From Octopus bimaculoides (lineage: Eukaryota): a DNA stretch of 64,000 nt. The notes under the pieces were generated by a model, which had not been told where the DNA came from, made no database searches, and was given only the letters and a program-made list of their open reading frames with translations. Made by a program: the position numbers and the translations under genes. Shown piece by piece: positions 40,602 to 52,855 of the stretch (the stretch's first letter is position 1; the number at the start of each line of letters is the position of its first letter). Location: NCBI RefSeq assembly GCF_001194135.2, contig NC_068995.1:50030852-50094851 (forward strand), in the 5' to 3' direction.

Positions 40602-41016
40602 NNNNNNNNNNNNNNNNNNNNNNNNNNNNNNNNNNNNNNNNNNNNNNNNNNNNNNNNNNNNNNNNNNNNNNNNNNNNNNNNNNNNNNNNNNNNNNNNNNN
40701 NNNNNNNNNNNNNNNNNNNNNNNNNNNNNNNNNNNNNNNNNNNNNNNNNNNNNNNNNNNNNNNNNNNNNNNNNNNNNNNNNNNNNNNNNNNNNNNNNNNN
40801 NNNNNNNNNNNNNNNNNNNNNNNNNNNNNNNNNNNNNNNNNNNNNNNNNNNNNNNNNNNNNNNNNNNNNNNNNNNNNNNNNNNNNNNNNNNNNNNNNNNN
40901 NNNNNNNNNNNNNNNNNNNNNNNNNNNNNNNNNNNNNNNNNNNNNNNNNNNNNNNNNNNNNCTATATATATAATATGCATATATATATTATATAAATGAT
41001 ATACATATGTGTGTGC

Positions 41017-41068
<52 letters not shown>

Positions 41069-41769
41069 ACATAATATATATATATATACACACACACACA
41101 CATATGTATATCATATATATAATAAATATATATATGCATATATACATGCATATTATATATATAAGTATATAATAGGCATATCATATGCATATTATATATA
41201 TATGAATATATATGTGTGTATATATCTGTATATACATATATACATACATATGCACAATCTATATCTATATGTATGGATAAAGATGTGTGTGTGTGTGTGT
41301 GTGTGTGTTTGGAGATGTAAAACGTAATTATCCCTCGGTTCAGCAGAGCTGCTGAAACAACCAACTAACCAACCAATCAGCGAACTGCAACATGCACGCA
41401 TGCATGCTAAGTGAAACAAGCATTAACAAAAAAAAAAGAAGAAAAAAAAGAAGAAGGAAAAAAAACAGAAAAAGAAAAGAAAAGAAACTAAATGAGTGTA
41501 ACAGTAAAAATTAGTTACCGAAGCTTCCAATTGTTACTGACATTTTAGCTGGATAACAATCACTTATCGAAGATTCCCATTTATTTATAGAAACAAGCTC
41601 GCTTCCCCATTGCGCTACATACATCACCCCCCTCCCTCCTCTTTCTCCATCAAAGTCAGTCAGTTGAATTATAAATATACATGCAAGGATGTGTGTAAGT
41701 GTGTGAACACCTACATGCATACATATACATATGTGTGTGTTTGAGAAAGTGTGTGTGTGGTGTGTGTGT

Positions 41770-42065
41770 GACCTGGTGATTAAGGTGTTGCATTCAACTC
41801 ACAATTGAAAGATCATGGTTTCAACTCCCAGACTGGCCGTGTGTTGTGTTCTGTTCTTGAGTAAGATGCTTCGTTTCACATTCCTCCAGTCCATTCAGCA
41901 GCTGTAAGTGTTTAACACTGTGATGGAATGGCATTCAATCCAGGGGCAATGTTGGCCAGCCCACCTGACCAGTGGGGTGGCACCATTCAAATGCTATAAT
42001 AATGCAAGGAAGAGCATTGTGACCAGCGATATATAACATTGTTGATAGTCTAATCAATACAGTGA
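41770..42065 (+). mobile_element. SINE family F
   Basis: gtgattaaggtgttgcattc...catggtttcaactcccagactggccgtgtgttgtgttc. Confidence 0.7.
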
Positions 42066-42599
42066 TATATATATATATATGTATATCACCATCATCATTG
42101 TTGTAGAAAAATGGTACACTCCTTCCTATGTGACAAAGTGGTATGACCCAGCCACTATAAAGTCAGACAGTCAATTGTTGTAGGAAGTCAGTAGTAGTAG
42201 AGTCGTTGCATGAGTTCTCAGTTGGAGTCAGTGTCAGTTATGTGATATATACGAGTTTGAGTTTACTGCCAAGGTAGACATTTCAAAGTCGTTGTCTTGC
42301 GGAGCTATCAACAATAGCATGATAAACAAGTCAAAGATAATAAGATGTGGAATACCGCCACAACATAATAGTGGTGACAATAATATTACAGTGCCGACAA
42401 CAACATACATGTGGATGAGGATCTCACATTATAACAATCATCATCATCATCCAACATACATCTTCCATGCTGGCATGGACGGGATGGTTTGACAGGAACT
42501 GGCAAGGCCAGGAACCACACCAGATTCCATTATCTATTTTGGCATGGTTTCTACAGTTCGATACCCCTCTTAACGTCAACCACTATGTGTATATATTTT

Positions 42600-42813
42600 A
42601 AATGATTGATACAGAAGACAGAGTGTAACGAGAAGCTTTATGTAGCACAACAATCATTTCGGCTGTCTTCTGCACTGCTCAGTGGGGAATGATGTAATCG
42701 CATCAGATAGATTGCTGAAATGAAGGTAGCTGAAATGATTTTTGAGCAAAATAAAGCTTCTAGTTGCACTCCAAGTTATTTACTTCATGTACCCAGACAT
42801 TGTGGACACCCTG
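42600..42813 (+). mobile_element. Mariner-like right-end fragment
   Basis: Ends ...ggacaccctg-TA. Confidence 0.5.
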
Positions 42814-42868
<55 letters not shown>

Positions 42869-42899
42869 GAAAAATAGAAGTTGAAAACCATGTTGGCCT

Positions 42900-43270
42900 T
42901 CTTTTTAAGCGCAAAATATACCATCACGTGACACTAACGCACAGACGTAACAGGAAATGTACAAAAGGTTATAAGCTTAATCATGTGTTCATTCTCTACA
43001 AACACTTGACAGAAATACATTCAGAGCATTGATTGTTTGGACTTGTTCAGTCAACTGTGTCAGCCTTAACTTACGACGCCAAACATTGTCACTTGATACT
43101 AACACACGGACGAATGGACGTAGCGAGGAAACTACAAAAATTTCTAAGACCAGTGATGTGACTATACTCTACCAATCAAATCCTATTCAAAACTTATACT
43201 AATTTGAGCCGTGAACTCCCTATAAAAATAGGGCAAACTTCAAACACTAGTCAGGAGCAAGACAGCTGCG
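42900..43270. promoter_or_regulatory. CpG-enriched promoter-like island: E-box TCACGTGA (~42925), CCAAT (43172), TATAAAA (43221), minus-strand donor at 43074
   Basis: Motifs read directly; non-repetitive and visibly richer in CG than its flanks. Confidence 0.5.
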
Positions 43271-43444
43271 ACATAAGCCACGTCTTTCTATTTGAACTGT
43301 TTGAAAATCCGTATAAATTGTGAAACTGGTTTAAGCTTTGAATATATTAATAATAAATATTTTAACTATTCTCAGTGCATTTTCAACTTTTATTTTTCCT
43401 ATATTTCTACCTGTGTGGAATAAAATAACTTTGTTTTATATACA

Positions 43445-43777
43445 GGCGCAGGAGTGGTTGTGTGGTAAGTAGCTTGCTTACCAACTACATGGTTCGAGGT
43501 TCAGTCCCACTGCGTGGCACCTTGGGCAAGTGTCTTCTACTATAGCCTCGGGCCAACCAAAGCCTTGTCAGTGGATTTGGTAGAAGGAAACTGAAAGAAG
43601 CCCGTCGTATATATGTATATATATATATATATATGTATGTGTGTTTGTGTGTCCCCCCACCATCGCTTGACAACCGATGTTGGTGTNNNNNNNNNNTGAC
43701 TAAAGGCAGTGCTCCAGCATGGCCGCAGTCAAATGACTGAAACAAGTAAAAGAGTAAAAGAGTAAAAGAGTAAAGAG
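43445..43777 (+). mobile_element. SINE family B, near full length (internal gap)
   Basis: ggcgcaggagtggttgtgtggtaag...ggttcgaggttcagtccc head; (gagtaaaa)n tail. Confidence 0.9.
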
Positions 43778-43796
43778 TATATATATATATATATCA

Positions 43797-43966
43797 TCAT
43801 CATCATCATCGTTTAACATCCATTTTCCATGCTGGCAAGCCAGAAGGCTGTACCAGGCTCCAATCGGATCTGGCAAAGTTTCTACAGCTGGATGCCCTTC
43901 CTAACACCAGCCACTCCGAGAGTGTAGTAGGTGCTTTTACGTGCCACCGGCACGAGGGCCAGTCAG
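43797..43966 (-). mobile_element. RTE-like LINE 3' end / derived SINE
   Basis: Homologous to 26205-26460. Confidence 0.75.
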
Positions 43967-45019
43967 CCACACTTGCCATCGAGAAAGCAGGAAACCTGGC
44001 TAGTCTGCCACTGGGTATAAGGATAGCCTAACAAAACAACAAACAGATGAATGAGCAAAACAAACAAAGAGTAGTGGTTAAGCCACAACATTAGTTAAAT
44101 CTCCTTCAAATCATTCCCAGTTGTGATACAAAAAGAAAGGTCACACTGGATCGAGTAGTCCTAGATACACTATGTCTGAATATAAGGTAGAATAGTTGTG
44201 ATTGACTAGCGTTTGATCAAAGCTGTCCTGGTGTTAAAAATAGCCCCATCAATAGCTGCCAGGGTGGTGGTGGTGGTGGTGGGGGTTCTCTAAGTGGTTG
44301 CTTAAATTACTAGAAATAGCAGTTGTATCTTCTTTAGATTACCTCATACCATCTTGGAAAACGCATTGTTGTCTTGGATTATGATTGAATACCTCTCTCT
44401 GGTCATGGGTTTGTTTGTTCAGAGCTGACAGAGCCAAACAAAAACAACAATAACAGCAGCAGGAGCAGCAGCAGCAGCAGTAACAACAACAACAACAACA
44501 ATAGCACCATCTAACTAAAAGGTTCTGCTGAAGGAGAGCAAATAAAATAATAGCTGGCAAAGCTAACGAGTTCTTCTCATCGTTCTTCATTCTGAATGGA
44601 GGGAATGTTCGTTAAGTTGTATATTTCATGATGAATACAAGAGGATAAATTGATTAATACAAGTGAATTGTCAACAATAAAAGTGATAAGCTTGAAAGCT
44701 TTCATCAGATGAGATTAAACAAGCACATGAAATTACAGGCAATGTATATGCATGTGTGTGGATGTGTGCATGTTGGTACTTATATTATAAACACACACAC
44801 ACACACACACATTCACACATTCGTAAACATACATGTTGCAGATGTTACACACATAAAACAATGAACGGATTCTGTAGCACATTGAAGTACTATCAAAGAG
44901 ATCACATATACACTGATTTCTTCACATACATGTATGTGTATACATACCTTCAGGCATTTAGACACACACACACACACATCCTCTTATTTTAGTGTCCTTT
45001 GTATGAAATCTTTCATCAT

Positions 45020-45158
45020 ACATCCTGTGACCTCTTCAACGACTCTCCATCCCATGTGTCTCCTCCTGTTCTGTTCCATCCATTCTGACTTTCTGTGTAT
45101 CCTTATTATCTACACATATGTTTGCATCTGTATGTGTGTGTGTATGTATGTCTCTGTT

Positions 45159-45197
<39 letters not shown>

Positions 45198-45420
45198 ACG
45201 TGTGCACCCACATGTGTCTGTATTTTGTGTGTTTTCTGTAAGCAAACCCACATACATGCATGCACGCATACACACACACACACTCACACACACACACACA
45301 CACACACAGATACAGATGCAAACACTGTGCAGATAAGGATACACAGAAAAGCAGAATGGACTAAACAGAATGGGAAGAGAAACATGGGATGGAGAGTTGC
45401 TGAAGAGGTCACAGGATGTG
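45020..45420. repeat. Foldback (long inverted repeat) with a (TG)n/(CA)n core
   Basis: 45020-45113 is the reverse complement of 45326-45420 at roughly 80% identity; inner arms are also complementary. Confidence 0.9.
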
Positions 45421-45879
45421 TTTATTGTAAAGTATTTGCTTATGGACAATTTTATTTGCCCTACAATTCCTTGTATTGAGTCCTTTTTTTGCATCTTAGT
45501 CTTCTTGAATGTGACACATGATCTACTTACATACCTCACACACACACACGATTATATGGATAGATAGATAGATTAGACAGGGAGATTGATAGGTGTGCAT
45601 ATGTATGTATGAATACACACACACACACATGCACATACACATATATGCATGTATATATATATATATACATGCATGTATCTGAGATATATATGTATATGTG
45701 TGTGAGTGTAAATATATATATTTGCAGAGGGAGCATCACCAAATTATATATATACACACACACACACACACATATATACACTGAGTGTCTGATAATACAA
45801 TACTTGTACCATGTCCTCATGTTGTTGTTTTTTCATGTTTGTTCTTTGTTTGGAGTCACTATATATATATATACATACA

Positions 45880-45915
<36 letters not shown>

Positions 45916-46309
45916 TGTGTATATATAGTTGGAACTTACAAAAAAACAAACAAAACAAAAGACAAAGATGGATGTGTAAACAACAAACNNNNNNNNNNAC
46001 ACATATATGCATGTATATATATATATATACATGCATGTATCTGAGATATATATGTATATGTGTGTGAGTGTAAATATATATATTTGCAGAGGGAGCATCA
46101 CCAAATTATATATATACACACACACATACATACACATACATACATACGTACACATATACATATGCATATATATAACCACACACATACAAACATACACATA
46201 AACACACCACACCACACTCTTTTTCTTGAAATATCGAGTACTTTATTTCGTTTCTATAAGCCTTATTCTTACAATCAAAATATGCAGAAGAAACTGAAAT
46301 ATGTGTGGG

Positions 46310-46351
<42 letters not shown>

Positions 46352-47183
46352 TGCAATGGCTGTATGTATAACTTAACTCACAACGTAAGATTTTCTGGAG
46401 ACAGTTAGGTGGCTTCATTTTTTTTTTTTTTGTTTACCTCCTGAAACAGAAATACTTTTATGCAGTTTTCATTGTTGTTCTTGCAGTTGTTTTTCTGAAG
46501 TAAAATTGCAGAGATAGCATGTGCAAATATCCCATTGGCATCAACCATTAAGTAGCTGCTCTTCTCTCTATTCTTTCCAATCAATAATATTTTTCTGCAA
46601 CATATCACCTTATTCGTATAAATTTTCCAATATTCTTCTATTCAGAAACAGCAATTTTATTTAAATTTTATTTAAATATTTACTTAAACATCTTTTCTTT
46701 ATTTTACTTGTTTTTAATTGTTTTCCTTACAGTTCTTTTTTTTCTTTCTCTTACAGACTGGGAAATTTTAAAATTCTTAAAACCAAAATAATTTCATTGA
46801 ACAAAGTTTTGTTATTAAACCGACAATTTGAAACAAACAATATCTGAAAGGGCTATTAGGTTAGGTTATGGCACAGGGTTACTGACTGCATGGTTTTAAG
46901 TTCAAATCTTGAACTGTGCATTGTATTTTGCCCCTACCTAGAGCATCTAACTTCACTTGATCTAGTTTGCCTGACTGAAGTAAAACAAGCTTCCAGTCAC
47001 AAGAGAGCCAACAGACAATCACTCAGTTTGTTAGATTTTGAAGACAAATCTTCCTATTACAAACTGTTTTAACCATTTCACTTCAGAAATTAAATATGTC
47101 CACTCAAAATTTCATTACTGTTAACTTCTTTCAGTCATTTGACTGTGGCCATTCTGGAACACTGCTTTAAAGGGTTTTAGTCG

Positions 47184-47265
<82 letters not shown>

Positions 47266-47333
47266 ACATATATATGTATATATGTATATATATGTATGTA
47301 TATATATAAATACATATAGAAACATTTATATAC

Positions 47334-47374
<41 letters not shown>

Positions 47375-47384
47375 CATAAATATT

Positions 47385-47580
47385 GATTTCAAATTTTGGC
47401 ACCAGGCCAGCAATTTTGGGGGAGGTGATAAGTCGATTACTTTCACCCCAGTGTTCAACTGGTACTTATTTTATCGACACCAAAAGGATGAAAGGCAAAG
47501 TCAACCTCAGTGGAATTTAAACTCAGAAAGTAAAGACAGACAAAATGTCACAACGATTCTGCTAACTTGCCACCTTCAAC
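47385..47580 (-). mobile_element. SINE family A
   Basis: caaattttggcaccaggccagc...aaaggcaaagtcaacctcagtgg. Confidence 0.75.
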
Positions 47581-47609
47581 AGAATAACAAGAGCACGCAG
47601 AGAATGCAA

Positions 47610-47935
47610 ACCTCCGCCAAGGCAACACCAACGTTCTCTCAACGATTAGCCAGAGACGATTTTTAAAATGAGAATATCTGAAGTAAACTCGACTACTCTC
47701 ACAAATGAGAACACTAAAAATGAACCCAACTGCTCTCAAAAATTAAGTCAAAAAACAAGAAAAATAATCCAGAATCCTTGTCTGGTACCAGATTGATTCC
47801 AAAATCCAATCAGTTTGTGCCAGTCATGAGGTCAAACATCCCTGAAAGTTTCATCTGAATCCATCCAGTGGTTCTTGAGATATCTTGTCCACAGACAAAC
47901 AAACAAATACAACTTAAAACAATACTCAAAGGTAA
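47610..47935 (+). mobile_element. Helentron-associated (HINE/DINE-1-like) non-autonomous element
   Basis: 5' acctccgccaagg and 3' block gaatccatccagtggttcttgagatatcttgtccacagacaaacaaac; the terminal hairpin is largely deleted. Confidence 0.55.
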
Positions 47936-47947
47936 TAATCCTCTCTA

Positions 47948-48100
47948 CTATAGGCACAAGGCCTGAAATGTTGGGAAAGGGGCTAGTCAATTAAATTGAC
48001 TCTAGTGCTCAACTGGTACTTATTTTATCAACACCAGAAGGATGAAAAACAAAGTCGACTTTGGCCGAATTTGAGCTCAGAACATAAAAAGCTGGAAGAA
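47948..48100 (-). mobile_element. SINE family A
   Basis: ggcacaaggcctgaaatg...aaagtcgactttggccgaatttgagctcagaac. Confidence 0.75.
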
Positions 48101-48105
48101 ATACT

Positions 48106-48172
<67 letters not shown>

Positions 48173-48535
48173 CAGCAGCAGCAGCAGCAGCAGCAGTAGC
48201 AGTAGCAGCAGCAGGTGGACAGGTGGGGGAAAGGGAAATTTGGAAGAGAATTTTTACTACTCCTGAATGATTCTTCGCCTCTTTTGCCCTGAAGGCTTGT
48301 CTCCATTTGAGATTTATTTCCTATTTCTAGTTTCTGATTTGGCTAACCTATCTATCACACAGTGATACCAACAATCACCCTCTGGAATTTGGCAGTCTTG
48401 CTGTCCTTTTCATTGGCAGCATCTTCTTTCTTGGTCTTCGCTAACATCAGTAAAGTTATTTTTGTTTCAGTAATAATCATATATTTTTCAAGATTATTGA
48501 TAAAATTTGTTATCTTTTATTGGTTTGGGAGGAAG

Positions 48536-48675
48536 GGGTTTAAATTGTTCCATCAGCTTTGGGTTAAACTATTCTATCAGATTTTGGCTTAAACGGTTCT
48601 ATTATTAGCAGGCATTCAAACTATTCCGATAGCTTCGATTTAAACTGTTGTATTAGCTTTCGTTTAAACTGATAT
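48536..48675. repeat. Degenerate ~24 bp minisatellite (agctttggtttaaactattctatt) x5-6
   Basis: Units begin at ~48555, 48579, 48607, 48631 and 48655. Confidence 0.7.
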
Positions 48676-49507
48676 ATATATTGCACTCAATCATCTTTGA
48701 AAAGGAAGAATGCATCGAATAATGTAATACCTAAAAATAAAGATGGGCTGCTTACAATTGGAATGGGGCTTTTTGCTGTTCTTTTTTTATATTTGTAATA
48801 GGTCTGTTTAGTCAGGACTGAGCTAAATTCAATAACAAAAACAACAACAGCAGCAGTAGTAGTAGTAGTAACAGCAGTGTTGATGCTGATGGCAGTCCAA
48901 GATCTCATACTGGTTACTAGATACATCCATTACAACAAAGACACTAAAACAAAAACATACAAACAAAAAAAGAAAGCGGGGGGGGGAGGCGGATTGATCC
49001 TAAATGTAGGTTCCATGAACAAAGTGACGAAAACAGTCAACCGCATAGTATCTCTGGCTGTCCTATCGCTTATATCTTGTATCTTGTACTTGCTTCAGTC
49101 ACAAGATTGTGGGCACCACTTTGAAGGGTTCGGTCAAACAAAACGACCCCAATACTTATAGATGGTAGGTATATTCTCATGAATATGTGTAAAGCGAGAG
49201 GAGTTGCTGTTGGCACTCCGTATATATGTATGTGCATATATATGGAGCGGGGTGGAAGAGGTGTATAGATTCTAAAACACCCAAGAGGCCATACAAGTTA
49301 AACGAACTGTAAATAAAATGGATATAGTAAATGCTAACAATGATTGCCCCCATTACAATGGGATTATTGACCAATGTTGGCAAAGAAACAAGAGCAGATA
49401 TTAGAATAGTCTCTTCACTGTCCTGCTAACAGGAGATACAGAATACAACATCATACAAGACACTGTATTAATAAATATAATAAATAAATAAATAAATAAA
49501 TAAATAA

Positions 49508-49539
<32 letters not shown>

Positions 49540-49713
49540 GTATATATATATATGTATGCATGCATATACACTCACATGCATATAGGTCTATATTATAATT
49601 GGAACACTGATCAATATTGGCAAAGAAACAAGATCAGATATTCGGATAGCATTTACATTGTCATGCGGACATGGAATACTAAAGACAACATAACTAGACA
49701 TTGTATATTCAAG

Positions 49714-49756
<43 letters not shown>

Positions 49757-50638
49757 ATGCATACATATACTTGTATATCTATAACTATATCTATATATCC
49801 ATCTATATAATATATAATATATATATATATATTTTGGGTAGTAGACTTAATCTGTGGCCTGGGTTAACACTGCTGCCCAACCCCTTGGGTACTATTTGTT
49901 GGGTCCATCCACACTGATGGATCCAATTGAGCCAGACTTCTGGTTTGCGGATATCTTCCTCTTTTCCCTCCTTCCCATCATTCTTTTGACGTCTTGTAAA
50001 GGGGTGACAGGCACAGCCTCCCACTCCAGATTAAAAGATTTAAAAAAAGGGAGAAAATACATCAATTAATAACAATTTCTTCCTTAAGCCTGGAACTTGA
50101 CATTTTCTAGTAGAAAGTAAACGGAAGCTGTGGCACTCATGCATTTTTTTCCTTAGGGAAAATTTGAGACAAGTGTGCAGCTGAATATTTTACATGAATG
50201 GCAGATTTGGCTTGGGACTAAGAATAACAATAGCAACAACAATGATAGTTATGATGATGATGATGATGACGACGACGACGATGATGGTGATGATGATAGT
50301 GATGATGATGATGATGATGATGATGACTTATGATAATAGTAACAGATATATTGTAATTTGTTTCTATTCAGGTGAAACTAGAGAAGAAGAAGAACAACGT
50401 CAACATCAATAAAAATGACAACAACTAAAATAAAACAAACAAGACGATGACAGACAAAGATGACAAGCAAAGCGATTGACAGAAAAGGATGAGAAGAAAA
50501 AGAAAAAAAGACAGATACAAAAATAGATGAGAAAAAAACAGAGAAGACAGAATATAGAAACGACGACGGAAGAAAGTAGAAAATTGATGTGAGAATAGAA
50601 AACAAATGACACAGGGAGGGGGAGAGATAGATAGAGAG

Positions 50639-50685
<47 letters not shown>

Positions 50686-51061
50686 AAGAGAGAGAGAGAA
50701 GAAACATGAGAATGATAATGTTGAAAGACAGGTATTTACTATTGATGTTTAAAATATGATCGGAAGCAGGTTTTCGAAAAATCGGAATTGGACTAATTCA
50801 CCTTTAATCTGCTTATGCACTCCTCTCTGCCACAACCACACAGCGAAATAATATAAAGGTATTCCAGTTTCATCAGATTTTTCCTGTGACACAGCATCAC
50901 AACAAGGTGTCAATATATAACCAAACGATAATATTTCTGTATTTCTAAGGAGAATGCGTCACCCCCGACCTATCTAAACCATCATTTTAGGGAAGAAAGA
51001 GATTGGTGAATTTCCTAATTTAGTCTCTGATTGAAAAAAAAAAAAAAAAAAACTTCAGAAA

Positions 51062-51236
51062 CTTAGTGGTTCGGCAAAAAGAGACCGATAGAATAAGTAC
51101 TAGGCTTACAAAGAATAAGTACTAGGCTTACAAAGAATAAGTCCTGGGGTCGATTTGCTTGACTAAAGGCGTTGCTCCAGCATGGCCGCAGTCAAATGAC
51201 TGAAACAAGTAAAAGAGTAAAAGAGTAAAAGAGTAA
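51062..51236 (+). mobile_element. SINE family B 3' half with internal 22 bp duplication
   Basis: agaataagtactaggcttacaa occurs twice. Confidence 0.85.
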
Positions 51237-51624
51237 ACTGAAAATACATTTCAGGAAGCAGAGTAGCAAATTCTTGAATATGCAGACTTACCACACTTCC
51301 TAAAGTTTGGCACATGTTCTCTCAATTTCAGAAGCTGCTATTACTGTGAAAATTATACTAATCACAGCACCATTTCATTCAAATCAAGTGGAATAACCTT
51401 AAAAGCATCCAGCTTCTGCACCAATGGCTTTTGAACCAAGAAGCCATCTTGTGTAGCTTCATGTACATTTTCCAGAGTAATGGCTTACATATCTGGGATG
51501 GTGCTTCTGATACAAACACACACGCACATTGTAGATGAGATCCGTAGCAGGCTTTTAGGCTTGCATTTGATGTCATCTAACTGGCAAAGCTTCCCACAAC
51601 AACACACTACAAGCACCTGAGCTA

Positions 51625-51679
51625 ACAATGATGAATCCCCTACAATGATGAATCCCCTACAATGATGAATCCCCTACAA
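51625..51679. repeat. Perfect 17 bp tandem repeat x3 (acaatgatgaatcccct)
   Basis: Direct reading. Confidence 0.95.
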
Positions 51680-51784
51680 GGTCACTTGGCAACCTAGAAA
51701 TATCAACAGCTACTCTACGAATCATGCAATGCCATTTAAAAGAAAAAAAGGATGAAGGACACATAAGATAATTTTGTTATAGTT

Positions 51785-51940
51785 CTCTTACTTGTTTCAG
51801 TCGTTTGATTGCAGCCATGCTGGAGCACCACCTTAGCTGAACAAATTGACCCCAGGACTTATTTCTTAAGCCTAGTATTTTTTCTATTGGTCACTTTTGC
51901 CAAACTGCCAGGTTATGAGGATGTAAACACACCAACACTG
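51785..51940 (-). mobile_element. SINE family B 3' half
   Basis: ttacttgtttcagtcgtttgattgcagccatgctggagcacc. Confidence 0.75.
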
Positions 51941-52049
51941 ACTACTTTGGCACAAGTGATGAAGGTGGTAGTAGTGTTGGTGGTTGTTGTTTTTAGGCTT
52001 GAGAAATGTTGTGTAGTAACAACACTTTGTCTTTGGTTGAGCCATCTCA

Positions 52050-52570
52050 CATAACTTGCTTCCTGTCAGCAGCTGGACAAAGCACATCTCTAAAATGGTC
52101 AAGAAAGCCGGGGGTGTCTTGGCATCACTCAGCAAGACCTTTGTCAGCCACTCTCCAGCTATCTATTTATTATGGCTATGGTGTGGCCACACACTTGGAA
52201 TTTGCATCACCAGCCTGGAACCTCTGTCTTGTTCAGGACATTGACCTCCTGGAAACTGTCCAGAGACATGCAACCAAGTGAATACCCTCCATCAGGCATC
52301 TTCCATACTCTGAACGCCTTGTTTCGCTGGGCATAGATACACTGAAGCTCCGACGTCTGGCAACTGACTTGGTAAACACCCACAAAATTATTAACCATCG
52401 TGCCAACAACTACCTTGAGCACCTTTTTGAGCTCCATGTGTCTAACACATGTGGCCATGCCTACAAAGTCAGAAAACAGCACAGCTCCCATGGCTCTTGG
52501 AAACATTTTTTCACACTCAGAGTTGCTGAAGCATGGAACAAACTACCTGCATCAGTTGTTAGCTGTTGAG
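52050..52570 (+). mobile_element. CR1-like LINE reverse transcriptase C-terminal fragment, frameshifted
   Basis: HLEFASPAWN...DIDLLETVQRHATK and KHFFTLRVAEAWNKLPASVV are typical CR1-clade RT C-terminal motifs. Confidence 0.9.
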
Positions 52571-52574
52571 ACAG

Positions 52575-52855
52575 TTTGGTACTTATTCTATTGGTCTCTT
52601 TGCTGAATTTCTAAGTTACATGGATGTAAACACACAAACACTGGTTGTCAAGCAGTAGTGGAGGAGAAACACACACACACGCATGTATATACACGATGGA
52701 CTTCTTTCAGTTTCTGTCTACCAAATCCATTCACAAGGCTTTGGTCAGCTCAAGGTTATAATAAAAGACAGTTTGCTCAAGGTGCCACACAGTGGGACTG
52801 AACCTGGAACCATGCGGTAGGGAAGCAATCTTCTTACTACCACACAACCTGTGCC
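52575..52855 (-). mobile_element. SINE family B inserted at the end of the CR1 fragment
   Basis: Homology to 15791-16182. Confidence 0.8.

Noticed and set aside
41559-41600. LRR-like LDNNHLSKIP (and DLSGNILEEL near 39060)
   Set aside because: Both hit a stop within a few codons; no further LRR exons.
43075-43086. MFG start suggesting Hikeshi
   Set aside because: The frame stops or splices after MFGV, and no downstream Hikeshi-like exons were found.
45637-46130. Exact ~130 bp direct repeat
   Set aside because: The second copy starts at a 10-N gap; assembly artefact.
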